64,000 nt of DNA from Acidimicrobiia bacterium (GCA_035305585.1 DATGOV010000029.1:605-64604), one strand, 5' to 3'. Positions 49,258-61,415 are shown, counted from the stretch's first letter. Notes: a model not told the origin generated them from the sequence alone. A program made the numbers and translations.

Positions 49258-50727
49258 TCAGGAATCGAGAGCGCGCCAGCCGAGCGCCCTCGCGAGGAAC
49301 GACGCCGCCTGCTCGCGGCTGACGGGGTCGTCTGGACAGAAGCGGTCGTTGGCCGGCGGATTGCATCCGGCGGTGATTCCGGCTGCCGCCAGCACGTTGA
49401 TGTTCTCCTCGTGGATGCTGTGACCGTCGTCTATGAACCGGTCGACGCCTGCCCCCTCCGTGAGTCCGAGGGCACGCACCACGAACGACGCCCATTGCGC
49501 CCGGGTCACTGAATCGCCGGGACAGTAGTTGTCGTTGGCCGGTGGGTTGCAGCCGACCGTCAGACCGACGGCTGCGATGGCGTCGATGTCGCCTTCGAAG
49601 ACCGAGCTGTCGTCGTCGGTGAAGGCGTCGTCACTTCCCGGGTTCAGGTTCAACGCCCGGTTGAAGAACGCCGCTGCCTGGCCACGGGTGAAGACGTCAG
49701 CCGGGCAGTATCGATCGTTCGTCGGCGGATTGCAGCCACGGGTGATGCCGGCTGCGGCCACCAGCTCGATGTCCTCCTCGTGCACACTGGTGTCGTCGTC
49801 GGTGAAGACGGTTCCAGCTTCTGCCCGGGCGAGGCCCCGAGCCTGACCTCGGATCTCCCCACCAGGATTCTCCATCGTGTGGACGTTGACGTAGGCGGTT
49901 CCCGCCCGCAGATGGTCGATGAGCGTGTCCATCTCCCCGTCGAAGACGCCGGCGGTGGGCAAGAGGTCCGCTTCGGTGATCGTTCCCTGCGACAGGATGC
50001 CGTTCACGTCCACCCCTGCCGGATCGGGACCGAACAGGAACACCGCCACCGGCCCATTGGCGCCGGCGGGCCCGATGTGGATGTGGGCCATGGTCGTGTC
50101 GACGAGACCGTAGGTGATCAACGTGTAGCGCATCGACTCTTGGGACGGATCGATCGTCAAGGTGGCCAAGCCGGCTCCGTCCGTAGCGACCGGCGGCACC
50201 TCGTCCGCTCCTGACAACGCCGCAGCCAGGTCGAACGCCGCCGGAACGAGTTGACCCCGGATCTCACCGTTCGGGTTCCCCTCCGTGTGGACGTTGACGT
50301 AAGCCTCGCCGGTGCGGATCAGCTCCACCAGTTGGGCGAACGTGTCCACACCTGTCATCGGCAGGAGATCCGATTCGGTGACCGTTCCCTCCGCCAGCAG
50401 CCCGTCGGCAGTCACGCCGGGATCTTCGGGACCGAGGAGGAAAACGAGCGGTGGCCCGTTCTCTCCCGGCGCTCCGACGTGGATGTGGGCCATGGTCACG
50501 GCGTCGAGACCGTTCACGTAGAGGCGGTAGTCGATCGAGGCGTCGTCCTCGGATATCTCGACGGCGACGTATCCGGAGCCTCCGGTCTCGACTGGTGGAA
50601 CCTCACCGTCGCCGGTGAGGCGGGCGTCGAAGGTCCCGCCGGCGGCGAAGTGTGAGTCGGCGGAAGCGGTCCCTCCCAGTGCGCCTACCAGAGCCAGCGC
50701 GATCACGAGGACGGCTGGTCTTCGCAT
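49258..50727 (-). CDS. secreted protein with 2 CHRD domains and 3 Cys-containing SLH-like repeats
   Basis: Signal peptide MRRPAVLVIALALVGALGGTASA, with GGGAGGGAG RBS. Two CHRD units (LTGDGEVPPV...MAHIHVGAPGENGP...AYVNVHTEGNPNGEIRGQL, and a second copy). Three repeats of roughly 55-60 aa of the form F.DD..S.HE.DI..(A/L)AAAGIT.GCNPP.ND.(Y/F)CP.D.V(T/S)R.Q.A.F..RAL. Confidence 0.7.
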   Translation of the reverse strand: MRRPAVLVIALALVGALGGTASADSHFAAGGTFDARLTGDGEVPPVETGGSGYVAVEISEDDASIDYRLYVNGLDAVTMAHIHVGAPGENGPPLVFLLGPEDPGVTADGLLAEGTVTESDLLPMTGVDTFAQLVELIRTGEAYVNVHTEGNPNGEIRGQLVPAAFDLAAALSGADEVPPVATDGAGLATLTIDPSQESMRYTLITYGLVDTTMAHIHIGPAGANGPVAVFLFGPDPAGVDVNGILSQGTITEADLLPTAGVFDGEMDTLIDHLRAGTAYVNVHTMENPGGEIRGQARGLARAEAGTVFTDDDTSVHEEDIELVAAAGITRGCNPPTNDRYCPADVFTRGQAAAFFNRALNLNPGSDDAFTDDDSSVFEGDIDAIAAVGLTVGCNPPANDNYCPGDSVTRAQWASFVVRALGLTEGAGVDRFIDDGHSIHEENINVLAAAGITAGCNPPANDRFCPDDPVSREQAASFLARALGWRALDS

Positions 50728-50831
50728 GTCTCCCTCCCCAGGTAGACGGGTGGCAGCCAGAGCCGGCCCTTCGCCTGCTCACGTTGTGGCCGCGCGTTCC
50801 AGTACGGAGGAGGCGCCGGTTCGGTTCACGA

Positions 50832-51290
50832 TCAGCGGTGCCGACGGCGGCGGGCTCGCTCCATCTCCCGTTCGTGCTCACGCCTTTTCAGGTCGGCGCG
50901 CTTGTCGATAGTGCGCTTCCCTCGGCCCAGCCCGACCTGGACCTTCGCCTTGCCGTCCTTGAAGTAGAGGCGCATGGGCACGAGGGTGAGGCCCTTCTCG
51001 GCGAGCGAACCGGCGATCCGATCGATCTCACGCCGGTGGAGCAGGAGCTTGCGGCTCCTCTCGGGATCGTGTCCCCCTTCACGGGCGAACGAGTAGGGGG
51101 CGATGTAAGCGTTGACCAGCCACACCTCGCCATCGCGGACGTGGGCGAAGCTGTCCTTCAGGTCGGCCTTGCCGGCTCGCAGGCTCTTCACCTCCGACCC
51201 GGTGAGGACGATCCCCGCCTCGAAGTCGTCGATGATCTCGTAGTCGTGCCTCGCCCGGCGATTGGTGGCCACCACCTGGATTTCGCTCAC
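50832..51290 (-). CDS. smpB: SsrA-binding protein
   Basis: VATNRRARHDYEIIDDFEAGIVLTGSEVKSLR...LLLHRREI...VPMRLYFKDGKAKV. Confidence 0.9.
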   Translation of the reverse strand: MSEIQVVATNRRARHDYEIIDDFEAGIVLTGSEVKSLRAGKADLKDSFAHVRDGEVWLVNAYIAPYSFAREGGHDPERSRKLLLHRREIDRIAGSLAEKGLTLVPMRLYFKDGKAKVQVGLGRGKRTIDKRADLKRREHEREMERARRRRHR

Positions 51291-51294
51291 CGGG

Positions 51295-52482
51295 TCATCC
51301 CCCTACGTAGCCGCCGGGGTCGACCGGGGTTCCGTTCACCCGCACCTCGAAGTGGAGGTGCGGGCCGGTGCAGTACCCGGTGCATCCGACGTACCCGATC
51401 ACCTGGCCCTGGCTCACTTGCTGGCCGGCCGACACCGCCATAGAGGACTGATGGGCGTACAGCGTGGCCAATCCTCCACCGTGGTCGATGACCACCGCGT
51501 TGCCGTAGCCACCCCTCGTCCCGGCGGAGACCACGACTCCATCGCCGGCCGCATGGATCGGGGAACCGGAGCTGGCGCTCATGTCCCAGCCGGTGTGCAT
51601 TCGTCTGGTTCCGAAGATGGGGTGGATGCGGTAGCCGAAGCCGGAGCTCACCCCTCCGGGGACGGGCCGGGCGAGTGGACCACCGGGTCCGGCACCGGTC
51701 GACCCTCGGGCGGCCAACTCCTTCTCGAGGGCAGCGGCATCCGCTTCGAGGCCTTCCTTGTGCTCCTCGAACTTGGCGATCTCCGCATTGAGCGAAGCGA
51801 CGAGGGCTTCGGCCGCCTGCGCTTCGGCAGCGTACTGAGCACGGAGGCTGTCGACTCGGGCGACCTCGGCCTCCTGGGCCTCCCGCTGCTCGGCGAGCTC
51901 GGCGAGCAGGCGCTCCTGGGCCCGGCGTTGCTCATCGAGGATCCCCTGTTGACGCTCCTCCTCGGCTTCGAGCACATCGAGTTGGCGGAGCAGTTGGCTC
52001 GAGTCTCCGCGCGCGCCGTCGACATAGGCGAGCCCGACCCAGGCCTCCTCCGCGCTGGCGAAGCTGAGCACCTTCGCCGGTGCGGTCGACGCGCTCATGT
52101 ACATCTCGATCACCTGCCGCGACAGGGCGCTGCGGGTGTCTTCGGCCTTGAGCCGGGTCGTGGCGAGCATCGACTCGAAGTGCTCGAGCATCCTCGTCAC
52201 CGAGGCGAGTTCCTCTTCACCGGCGGCGATCTCGGCGTTGATGGAAGCCAGGACGCCTTCAGCTTGACGCAACTCGGCGGTGACTGAATCGAGCCGCGCC
52301 TTGGTGGCGAGGACTTCCTCGGCGGCCTGGGTGCGGGCAGATCGCGCCGCTTCTATCTGCTCGGACAGACGCGATATCTGGCGGTTCAGCTCTTCGAGCT
52401 CGGCCTGACTCGCCCCCGAAGCGGCACCCGCGAAGAGGACCAGCGAAAGGACTGCTGCGCCGAACGTCAGGAGCCGGCGCAT
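51295..52482 (-). CDS. coiled-coil M23 peptidase (EnvC/PcsB/RipC-type FtsEX partner)
   Basis: Signal peptide, about 250 aa of heptad-like coiled coil, then an M23 domain with HTGWDMSA and GCTGYCTGPHLHFEV. Immediately downstream of ftsX. Confidence 0.8.
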   Translation of the reverse strand: MRRLLTFGAAVLSLVLFAGAASGASQAELEELNRQISRLSEQIEAARSARTQAAEEVLATKARLDSVTAELRQAEGVLASINAEIAAGEEELASVTRMLEHFESMLATTRLKAEDTRSALSRQVIEMYMSASTAPAKVLSFASAEEAWVGLAYVDGARGDSSQLLRQLDVLEAEEERQQGILDEQRRAQERLLAELAEQREAQEAEVARVDSLRAQYAAEAQAAEALVASLNAEIAKFEEHKEGLEADAAALEKELAARGSTGAGPGGPLARPVPGGVSSGFGYRIHPIFGTRRMHTGWDMSASSGSPIHAAGDGVVVSAGTRGGYGNAVVIDHGGGLATLYAHQSSMAVSAGQQVSQGQVIGYVGCTGYCTGPHLHFEVRVNGTPVDPGGYVGG

Positions 52483-52483
52483 G

Positions 52484-53425
52484 TCACACCGGCTCTAGCG
52501 CCCGCCTCACCCCGGCGGGGCGCCCACCGTCGGCTTCACGGAGGTAGCGGCTCAGGCCCAACAGGGATCCGAGCACTCCGGCAGCCGCCCCGAACAACAA
52601 GAACACGACTCCCCAGCGCAGGAAGAACGCGTTCGGTATCTGCAGATTGACGAGTTGGATTCCTTCCGCCGCCCCGGCCAGGTTGCGCCCAGCCACCCAC
52701 ACGGCGAACACCGCCAGTGCGGCGCCGACCAGGCCCTCGATGAGGCCTTCGAGCAGGAACGGCACGCGGATGAACCAGTTGGAAGCACCGACCAGCTTCA
52801 TGATCGCCACTTCGTCGCGCCGGGCGTAGATGGCCAGGCGGATCGTGTTGGCGATGAGGATCATCGCCGACACACCCAGGACGATCGACAGGCCGATGCC
52901 GAGCAGGTTGAGGACCCGCGACACCGCAGATATCTGTTCGATCTCCTGGGCGGCGGACGAGATCCGCTGGATCAGCTGCGGATACTGCTGGAGACGGAAC
53001 TCCACTTGCTCGTACAGCTCGATGTCGGCCAGCTCGATGCGGATGGATGTCGGCAGGGCCGACGGGTTCTGCAGGGCCTCCACCATCTCCGGGTTGTCGC
53101 CGAAAAGGTCGAGGTACTCCTCATAAGCCGCCGTCTTGTCGACGTAGTAGGCGTTGGCGACCTCATCCCACCCCAGCACCTCGGCGAGGAGGTTCTCGTG
53201 GGCATCCGAGGGCACACCGTCGCGGCCGGCGTCGTTGAGCCAGACGATCAAGTGGACGCCTTGCTGCCAGGCGATCGTGTTGACCCGGACCAGCTCGTTC
53301 ACGGCGAGAGCACTGAACGCCAAACCGAGGGAGATGAAGACCGCCAGCACAGCTCCCGTGACGACGAGGATGTTGCGCCGCAGGTTGACCAGCGCCTCCC
53401 GCAGCATGAAGGCGATGCGGCTCAC
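52484..53425 (-). CDS. ftsX: cell division permease-like protein FtsX
   Basis: Four TM segments with a large first extracytoplasmic loop. [19 protein letters not shown] is the conserved FtsX motif. Confidence 0.85.
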   Translation of the reverse strand: MSRIAFMLREALVNLRRNILVVTGAVLAVFISLGLAFSALAVNELVRVNTIAWQQGVHLIVWLNDAGRDGVPSDAHENLLAEVLGWDEVANAYYVDKTAAYEEYLDLFGDNPEMVEALQNPSALPTSIRIELADIELYEQVEFRLQQYPQLIQRISSAAQEIEQISAVSRVLNLLGIGLSIVLGVSAMILIANTIRLAIYARRDEVAIMKLVGASNWFIRVPFLLEGLIEGLVGAALAVFAVWVAGRNLAGAAEGIQLVNLQIPNAFFLRWGVVFLLFGAAAGVLGSLLGLSRYLREADGGRPAGVRRALEPV

Positions 53426-54114
53426 TGCTCCCCCACCGTCTCGTAGCGCCCGGAGACCTCATCGCGGATCACGACGCCGTTCGACAACTGGACGACTCTC
53501 CGCTGCATCGCGTCGACGATGGCGTGATCGTGCGTGGCCATCACCACGGTCGTCCCGGTTCTGTTGATCCGGTCGAGCAGCTTCATGATCCCGACCGACG
53601 TCGCCGGGTCCAGGTTTCCGGTCGGCTCGTCGCAGAGCATGATCGGCGGCCGGTTGACGAACGCCCTGGCGATCGACACCCGCTGCTGCTCGCCACCCGA
53701 CAGCTGACGCGGGTAACGCTCGGACTTGTCGGAGAGGCCAACCAACTCGAGGACCTGCTCCACCTGGGGGCCGATGACCGACCGGGGCCGACCCAACACC
53801 TCGAGGGCGAATGCGACGTTCTCGAAAACCGTCTTGTTGGGCAGGAGCTTGAAGTCCTGGAACACGGTGCCGATCGACCGGCGAAGGAACGGCACCTTCC
53901 AGGCGGGGAGCGCCGTGATGTCCTTTCCGGCCACATAGATGGTGCCGCGAGTCACCCCTTCTTCGCGCAGCATCAGACGGATCAGGGTCGACTTGCCTGA
54001 ACCCGATGGCCCCACGAGGAAGACGAACTCGCCTTTGGGGATGTCGAGGGAGACGTCGCGAACCGCGACCGTCCCGCCCTCGTAGACCTTTGTTACGTCC
54101 TCGAGTCGGATCAT
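53422..54114 (-). CDS. ftsE: cell division ATP-binding protein FtsE
   Basis: [11 protein letters not shown]..., with [23 protein letters not shown] and [12 protein letters not shown]. Confidence 0.9.
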   Translation of the reverse strand: MIRLEDVTKVYEGGTVAVRDVSLDIPKGEFVFLVGPSGSGKSTLIRLMLREEGVTRGTIYVAGKDITALPAWKVPFLRRSIGTVFQDFKLLPNKTVFENVAFALEVLGRPRSVIGPQVEQVLELVGLSDKSERYPRQLSGGEQQRVSIARAFVNRPPIMLCDEPTGNLDPATSVGIMKLLDRINRTGTTVVMATHDHAIVDAMQRRVVQLSNGVVIRDEVSGRYETVGEQ

Positions 54115-54272
54115 GACGGGAAACCTCAGTGTGCCAGAACGCGGCGGCACGTCGGGGGATTACGAAACGGTACTAGCCGAATCCGCATATCCCTAGCCCA
54201 CCGCCCACCCGTTCACATACGTTCGCCGACCCGGTCATGCGTTGTCGCGGCCTGCAATACTCCTTGGCCCAT

Positions 54273-54755
54273 ATGACGGTCGGAGAGAGTTTGACAGATC
54301 TCGCCGAACTGGTGCCGGACCAGGCGATCCTCCTCGACCTCGACACCGCCGACCGCGACGCTCTGATACGGGCGATGGCGGATGCCTTGGCCGAAGCGGG
54401 AATCGTCGACCGTGACTACGCCGAACGTTGTATCGCACGCGAACGGGAGAATCCCACTGGTCTCGTCACCACGGGGGGAAGCATCGCACTCCCCCACGCC
54501 GATCCGCGGGCCGGAGAACAGATGGGCGTCGCCATCGCTCGGCCGACCACACCTGTCGAGTTCGACGCCATGGCCGATGAGGGCACCGTCCAGGCCCGGA
54601 TCGTGTTCCTGTTGGCGGTCGCCGGTGGGGAGACTCACCTGGAGGCGCTGGCGGAGGTGATAGACATCGTCCAGGACCCCGAGCGCATGTCGGGCCTACT
54701 CGCCGCAGCGACCCCCGAAGAAGTCAAGCGACTGTTGAGGAGAGATTCCCGATGA
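54273..54755 (+). CDS. PTS EIIA component (fructose/mannitol EIIA-2 family)
   Basis: AILLDLDTADRDALIRAMADALAEAGIV...GSIALPHADP (phosphorylatable His context). An alternative ATG lies at 54237. Confidence 0.7.
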   Translation: MTVGESLTDLAELVPDQAILLDLDTADRDALIRAMADALAEAGIVDRDYAERCIARERENPTGLVTTGGSIALPHADPRAGEQMGVAIARPTTPVEFDAMADEGTVQARIVFLLAVAGGETHLEALAEVIDIVQDPERMSGLLAAATPEEVKRLLRRDSR

Positions 54756-55030
54756 AACGTGTTCTGATCGCCTGCGGAACCGGCATCGCCACTTCGACAG
54801 TGGTAGCGGACAAGGTGAGGAAGCACCTCAAGGCCAACGGCATCGAAGCGAAGGTCGACCAGACCAAAGTGTCGGAGCTCCACCGCGGCGCCAAGGGCTA
54901 CGACCTGGTCGTGGCCACGACGAACGTCCCGAAATCCGTGGAGGCCCCAGTGGTGAACGGCCTGCCGTTCCTCACGGGGGTGGGAGTGGACAAGGTGCTG
55001 GACGAGATAGTCGAACACCTGCAGGACTGA
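54752..55030 (+). CDS. PTS EIIB component (galactitol/ascorbate type)
   Basis: MKRVLIACGTGIATST, with the active-site Cys near the N-terminus. 92 aa. 4-nt overlap with EIIA. Confidence 0.75.
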   Translation: MKRVLIACGTGIATSTVVADKVRKHLKANGIEAKVDQTKVSELHRGAKGYDLVVATTNVPKSVEAPVVNGLPFLTGVGVDKVLDEIVEHLQD

Positions 55031-55058
55031 AGCCCGTGGGGAGGAGGAAGGAGACCCA

Positions 55059-56435
55059 GTGGAAGCCATAACCAGTTACATCACGGACCTGGGCGCGGCC
55101 GTCGCCCTGCCCTTCATCATCTTCATCTTCGCTCTCCTTTTGGGCCAGAAGGCGGGAGATGCCGTGCGTGCCGGTCTGCTGATCGGCATCGGCTTCGTGG
55201 GAATCAACCTCGTCATCGGCTTGCTGGGCGAGTCGGTCGGACCGGCCGCCACGGCCATGGCGGAGAACTTCGGCATCGATCTCACGATCGTGGATGTCGG
55301 CTGGCCCGCCAGCGCCGCCATCGCCTTCGGGACGCAGGTAGGGGCGCTGGCGATCCCGGTCGGCCTGGCAGTGAACGTGGTGATGCTGGCGCTCGGCCTC
55401 ACCCGGACGCTCGACATCGACTTGTGGAACTACTGGCATATCGCCTTCTCCGGGGCACTCGTGGCCGTGGTGACGGGCAGCCTTCCACTCGGTGTGGCTG
55501 CAGCCGCCCTCCACATGGTGATCCTCTTGGCGATGGCCGACTGGTCGCAGCCTCTGATCGAGGACTACTACGGCTTCGACAACATCTCGCTGCCCCACGG
55601 GACGTCGGCCCCGTACGCGCTCTTCGCCATCCCCCTCAACGCCGCGTTCGAGCGGATCCCCGGCTTGAGGGACTGGAAAGCCGACCCGGACACGATCCAG
55701 GAGCGATTCGGCGTGCTCGGCGAGTCGACGGTGCTCGGAGCGGTGCTGGGATTGATCATTGGCCTGCTCGGATACGGGTTCGACGATCCGCGTGCAGATT
55801 CGATCGCCATCCTCGGCCTCGCCGTCAACTTGGCGGCTGCGATGTATCTACTGCCGAAGATGGTGGCGGTTCTCATGGAGGCGCTGATCCCGATCTCGGA
55901 GGGCGCCCAAGAAGTGGTGCGACGCCGCTTCCCCGGTCGCAACGTCTACATCGGCCTCGACTCTGCGATCGCCATCGGCTCCCCCGCCGTCATCGCCGTA
56001 TCGCTGCTGCTCGTGCCCATAACCCTGCTGCTGGCGGTGATCGTGCCCGGAAACCGGGTGCTGCCGCTGGTGGACCTGGCGACCATCCCGTTCATCGTCT
56101 GCATCATGGTCCCGATCTTCAAGGGGAACCTGATCCGTTCGCTCATCGGCGGGACCATCGCAATGGCCGCAACGCTATTGACCGCCACGGCCATGGCCCC
56201 GATGGTCACCGATGTCGCCGCCTCGGTCGGCTTCGAAGCCGCCACCGACGCCGCCCAGATTTCGTCGCTGGTCGACGGCGGCAACCCGCTCTCGGGGCTG
56301 ATCGTCTGGCTGGGCCGCATGGAGTGGGTGGGGATCGGCATCCTGGCCGTCGTCTCCATCGCTTTCGCCTATCTGATCAAGGCGCGGGTGACGTCCAAGC
56401 GAGAGTTCGCCGAGGCCACTCCCGAAGCGAACTGA
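55059..56435 (+). CDS. PTS galactitol-family EIIC permease
   Basis: The N-terminus ITDLGAAVALPFIIFIFALLLGQKAGDAVRAGLLIGIGFVGINLVIGLL closely resembles GatC-type EIIC. 458 aa, polytopic. Confidence 0.75.
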   Translation: MEAITSYITDLGAAVALPFIIFIFALLLGQKAGDAVRAGLLIGIGFVGINLVIGLLGESVGPAATAMAENFGIDLTIVDVGWPASAAIAFGTQVGALAIPVGLAVNVVMLALGLTRTLDIDLWNYWHIAFSGALVAVVTGSLPLGVAAAALHMVILLAMADWSQPLIEDYYGFDNISLPHGTSAPYALFAIPLNAAFERIPGLRDWKADPDTIQERFGVLGESTVLGAVLGLIIGLLGYGFDDPRADSIAILGLAVNLAAAMYLLPKMVAVLMEALIPISEGAQEVVRRRFPGRNVYIGLDSAIAIGSPAVIAVSLLLVPITLLLAVIVPGNRVLPLVDLATIPFIVCIMVPIFKGNLIRSLIGGTIAMAATLLTATAMAPMVTDVAASVGFEAATDAAQISSLVDGGNPLSGLIVWLGRMEWVGIGILAVVSIAFAYLIKARVTSKREFAEATPEAN

Positions 56436-56737
56436 CGAGCGGGAACCCAACCGAATACGGAAGCTCCTTCCGGGTCGCGGAGGGAGCCCCCGTTCATGAG
56501 CTGGTCCGAACACGTCCGACCGGCGGTCGCGACAACTGCTTGGCTGACACCCCGGATCGGTGAGGCAGTCGAGTCGAATCGGGTCACCTCGTCGGCACCA
56601 GCAAGCGACGCCGAGTCGCGAGAAGCGGGCCTCCGCCGTGTTCGCGGTGGGTTGTGTCGTTGCCATCGGCGCCGTGGTCCAGGCTCCGCTCTTGGACCAG
56701 GTGATGCGTCGCGACGGGACGCACGTAGCTGACGACC

Positions 56738-57850
56738 TCAGTTCTGTTCGGCGGCAGCTCGACGCCACCGCAGGTAGGCCTCGACGAAGGGCATCAGTTC
56801 GCCGTCGAGCACCGCCTGGACGTTTCCGACCTCCAGATCGGTGCGGAGGTCCTTCACCATCTGATACGGCTGGAGGACGTAAGAGCGGATCTGACGACCC
56901 CACGCCGCCTCGCCTTGCTCTCCCCGGATGGAGTCGAGGTGCTCCTGGTGCTCCTGACGGGCGAGCTCGGCGAGACGTGCCTTGAGGATGGCCATCGCCC
57001 GGTTCTTGTTCTGGAGCTGGGAGCGCTCGTTCTGACACTGCACGACGATCCCGGTGGGAATGTGAGTGATCCGGACCGCGGAGTCGGTCTTGTTGACGTG
57101 CTGGCCGCCGGCTCCCTGGGCTCGGTACGTGTCGATCCGCAGGTCCTCGTCACGCACTTCGATCTCGGTGTCGTTCTCGAGCTCGGGGATCACGTCGACC
57201 GCAGCGAATGACGTATGGCGTCGGGCGTTGGAGTCGAAGGGGCTGATCCGGACGAGACGATGGACGCCTCTCTCCCCCTCGAGCATCCCGTATGCCCGAT
57301 GGCCGCGGACCGTCAGCGTGGCGGACTTGATTCCGGCCTCCTCGCCTTCGGTCCAGTCGACGATCGTGACGTCCATTCCCTGGTCGGTCAGGAACCGCTG
57401 ATACATGCGCACCAGCATCTCCGCCCAGTCCTGGGCGTCGACTCCACCGGAGCCGGCGTGCACCGTGAGGATGGCGTCCTCTTCGTCGTACTCGTCGAAG
57501 AACAGCGACTCGAGCTCGAGCCGGTCGAGCTCGGCGGAGACCCGTCGCAGTTCCTCTTCGGCTTCGGCGCGACTGGCTTCGTCGCTCGCCTCGGCGGCGA
57601 GCTCCGCCAGCACCTCGGCATCCTCGATGGCTTGCTCGAGCGAGTCGACCCGCTCGAACAGGTCCTCGTAGTTGGCGAGCCGCTGAGTCACCTGCCGGGC
57701 GGCATCGGGATCGTCCCAGAGCCCCGGGGAAGCCGCCTGGGCACGGAGGTCCTCGAGTTCGACAGACTTGTTCTCGAGGTCGAGGAACTTGCGAGCGGCG
57801 GCCAGCCGCTCGCGCAACGATTCTGCGGTTGGAACGGTCAGCTCAGCCAT
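56738..57850 (-). CDS. prfB: peptide chain release factor 2 (single continuous frame)
   Basis: SPF tripeptide context (RISPFDS) and GGQ motif (RAQGAGGQHVNKTDSAVR). No internal in-frame stop. Confidence 0.9.
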   Translation of the reverse strand: MAELTVPTAESLRERLAAARKFLDLENKSVELEDLRAQAASPGLWDDPDAARQVTQRLANYEDLFERVDSLEQAIEDAEVLAELAAEASDEASRAEAEEELRRVSAELDRLELESLFFDEYDEEDAILTVHAGSGGVDAQDWAEMLVRMYQRFLTDQGMDVTIVDWTEGEEAGIKSATLTVRGHRAYGMLEGERGVHRLVRISPFDSNARRHTSFAAVDVIPELENDTEIEVRDEDLRIDTYRAQGAGGQHVNKTDSAVRITHIPTGIVVQCQNERSQLQNKNRAMAILKARLAELARQEHQEHLDSIRGEQGEAAWGRQIRSYVLQPYQMVKDLRTDLEVGNVQAVLDGELMPFVEAYLRWRRAAAEQN

Positions 57851-57859
57851 GGAGGGGAC

Positions 57860-60508
<2,649 letters not shown>

Positions 60509-60586
60509 AGGAGTCTACCGGACGGTCCCGAGTAGCCCTAGGGCCGCGTACGACCCGGTACCAGGTGGTAGCCGGCGAGAGACCGG

Positions 60587-61234
60587 CTACGCGTCGATCA
60601 GGCCTTCCCTGATCGCGAAGAGCACGGCGTCGTGGCGGGAGCCCAGTCCGGTCTTGTCGAGGATGTTGCGGATGTGGTTCTTGACCGTGTTCTCGGATAT
60701 GAAGAGCTTCTCCGAGATCTCCCGTGACGTGAGCCCTTCGGCGACCTCCCGGAGGATCTCGATCTCGCGGCCGGTCAGGGTGGGTTGACGGGTGACCGCC
60801 ACGTCCCGGGTGCGCATCATCCGGGCAACGACCTCGAACAGCTTCGCCGCCATCTCCGGGGACGTTCCGGCGCCCCCCGCTTCGATGTCGCGCAGCGCCG
60901 ACACGAGCCGCTCGAGCGGGGTGTCCTTCGTGTAGTAACCGCGCGCTCCGGCCTTGATGGCCGCCAGGAGGTCCTCGCTCGACTCCGAGGAAGTGAGCAA
61001 GACCACCGCCGACTTCGGTGACTCCTGGTTGATCGCCGCCACCACCTCCAGGCCCGACATGCCGGGCATCAGGACGTCGAGCAGCACGATGTCGGGCTGG
61101 TGCTCCTTCGCCAGGGCAATCGCCGACATGGCATCGGCGGCCGTGGCGATGACCTCGAAGCCTTCCTCTTTCACGGCCGCGGCCAAGGCAGCGCGGAACA
61201 GTTCGGCGTCGTCGACGATCAGGACGGTGCTCAT
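60587..61234 (-). CDS. NarL/FixJ (LuxR-type) response regulator
   Basis: Receiver domain (VLIVDDAELF...DIVLLDVLMPGMSG) plus a LuxR HTH (LTGREIEILREVAEGLTSREISEKLFISENTVKNHIRNIL). Confidence 0.85.
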   Translation of the reverse strand: MSTVLIVDDAELFRAALAAAVKEEGFEVIATAADAMSAIALAKEHQPDIVLLDVLMPGMSGLEVVAAINQESPKSAVVLLTSSESSEDLLAAIKAGARGYYTKDTPLERLVSALRDIEAGGAGTSPEMAAKLFEVVARMMRTRDVAVTRQPTLTGREIEILREVAEGLTSREISEKLFISENTVKNHIRNILDKTGLGSRHDAVLFAIREGLIDA

Positions 61235-61415
61235 GTGTTATCCCCCTGGGCCCCGACCGATGTGCTCCGACGCGGAGGTCATGGGGCGGGAAGCGTTTTC
61301 CGTGTGATTGGTTGGTGACATCTGCGACTACCTGGCGAGCGGGGTGAGACCGTATTGAACATCGGCCGGTCTGGGCTGCGATTGAAGTGGCATTTTGTCC
61401 CGCGCAGGGCGGACA

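Noticed and set aside
56738-57850. Programmed +1 frameshift in prfB
   Set aside because: The RF2 ORF is continuous from MAELTVP... through the region equivalent to the E. coli shift site (ARKFLDLENK). There is no in-frame TGA, so no frameshift is needed here.
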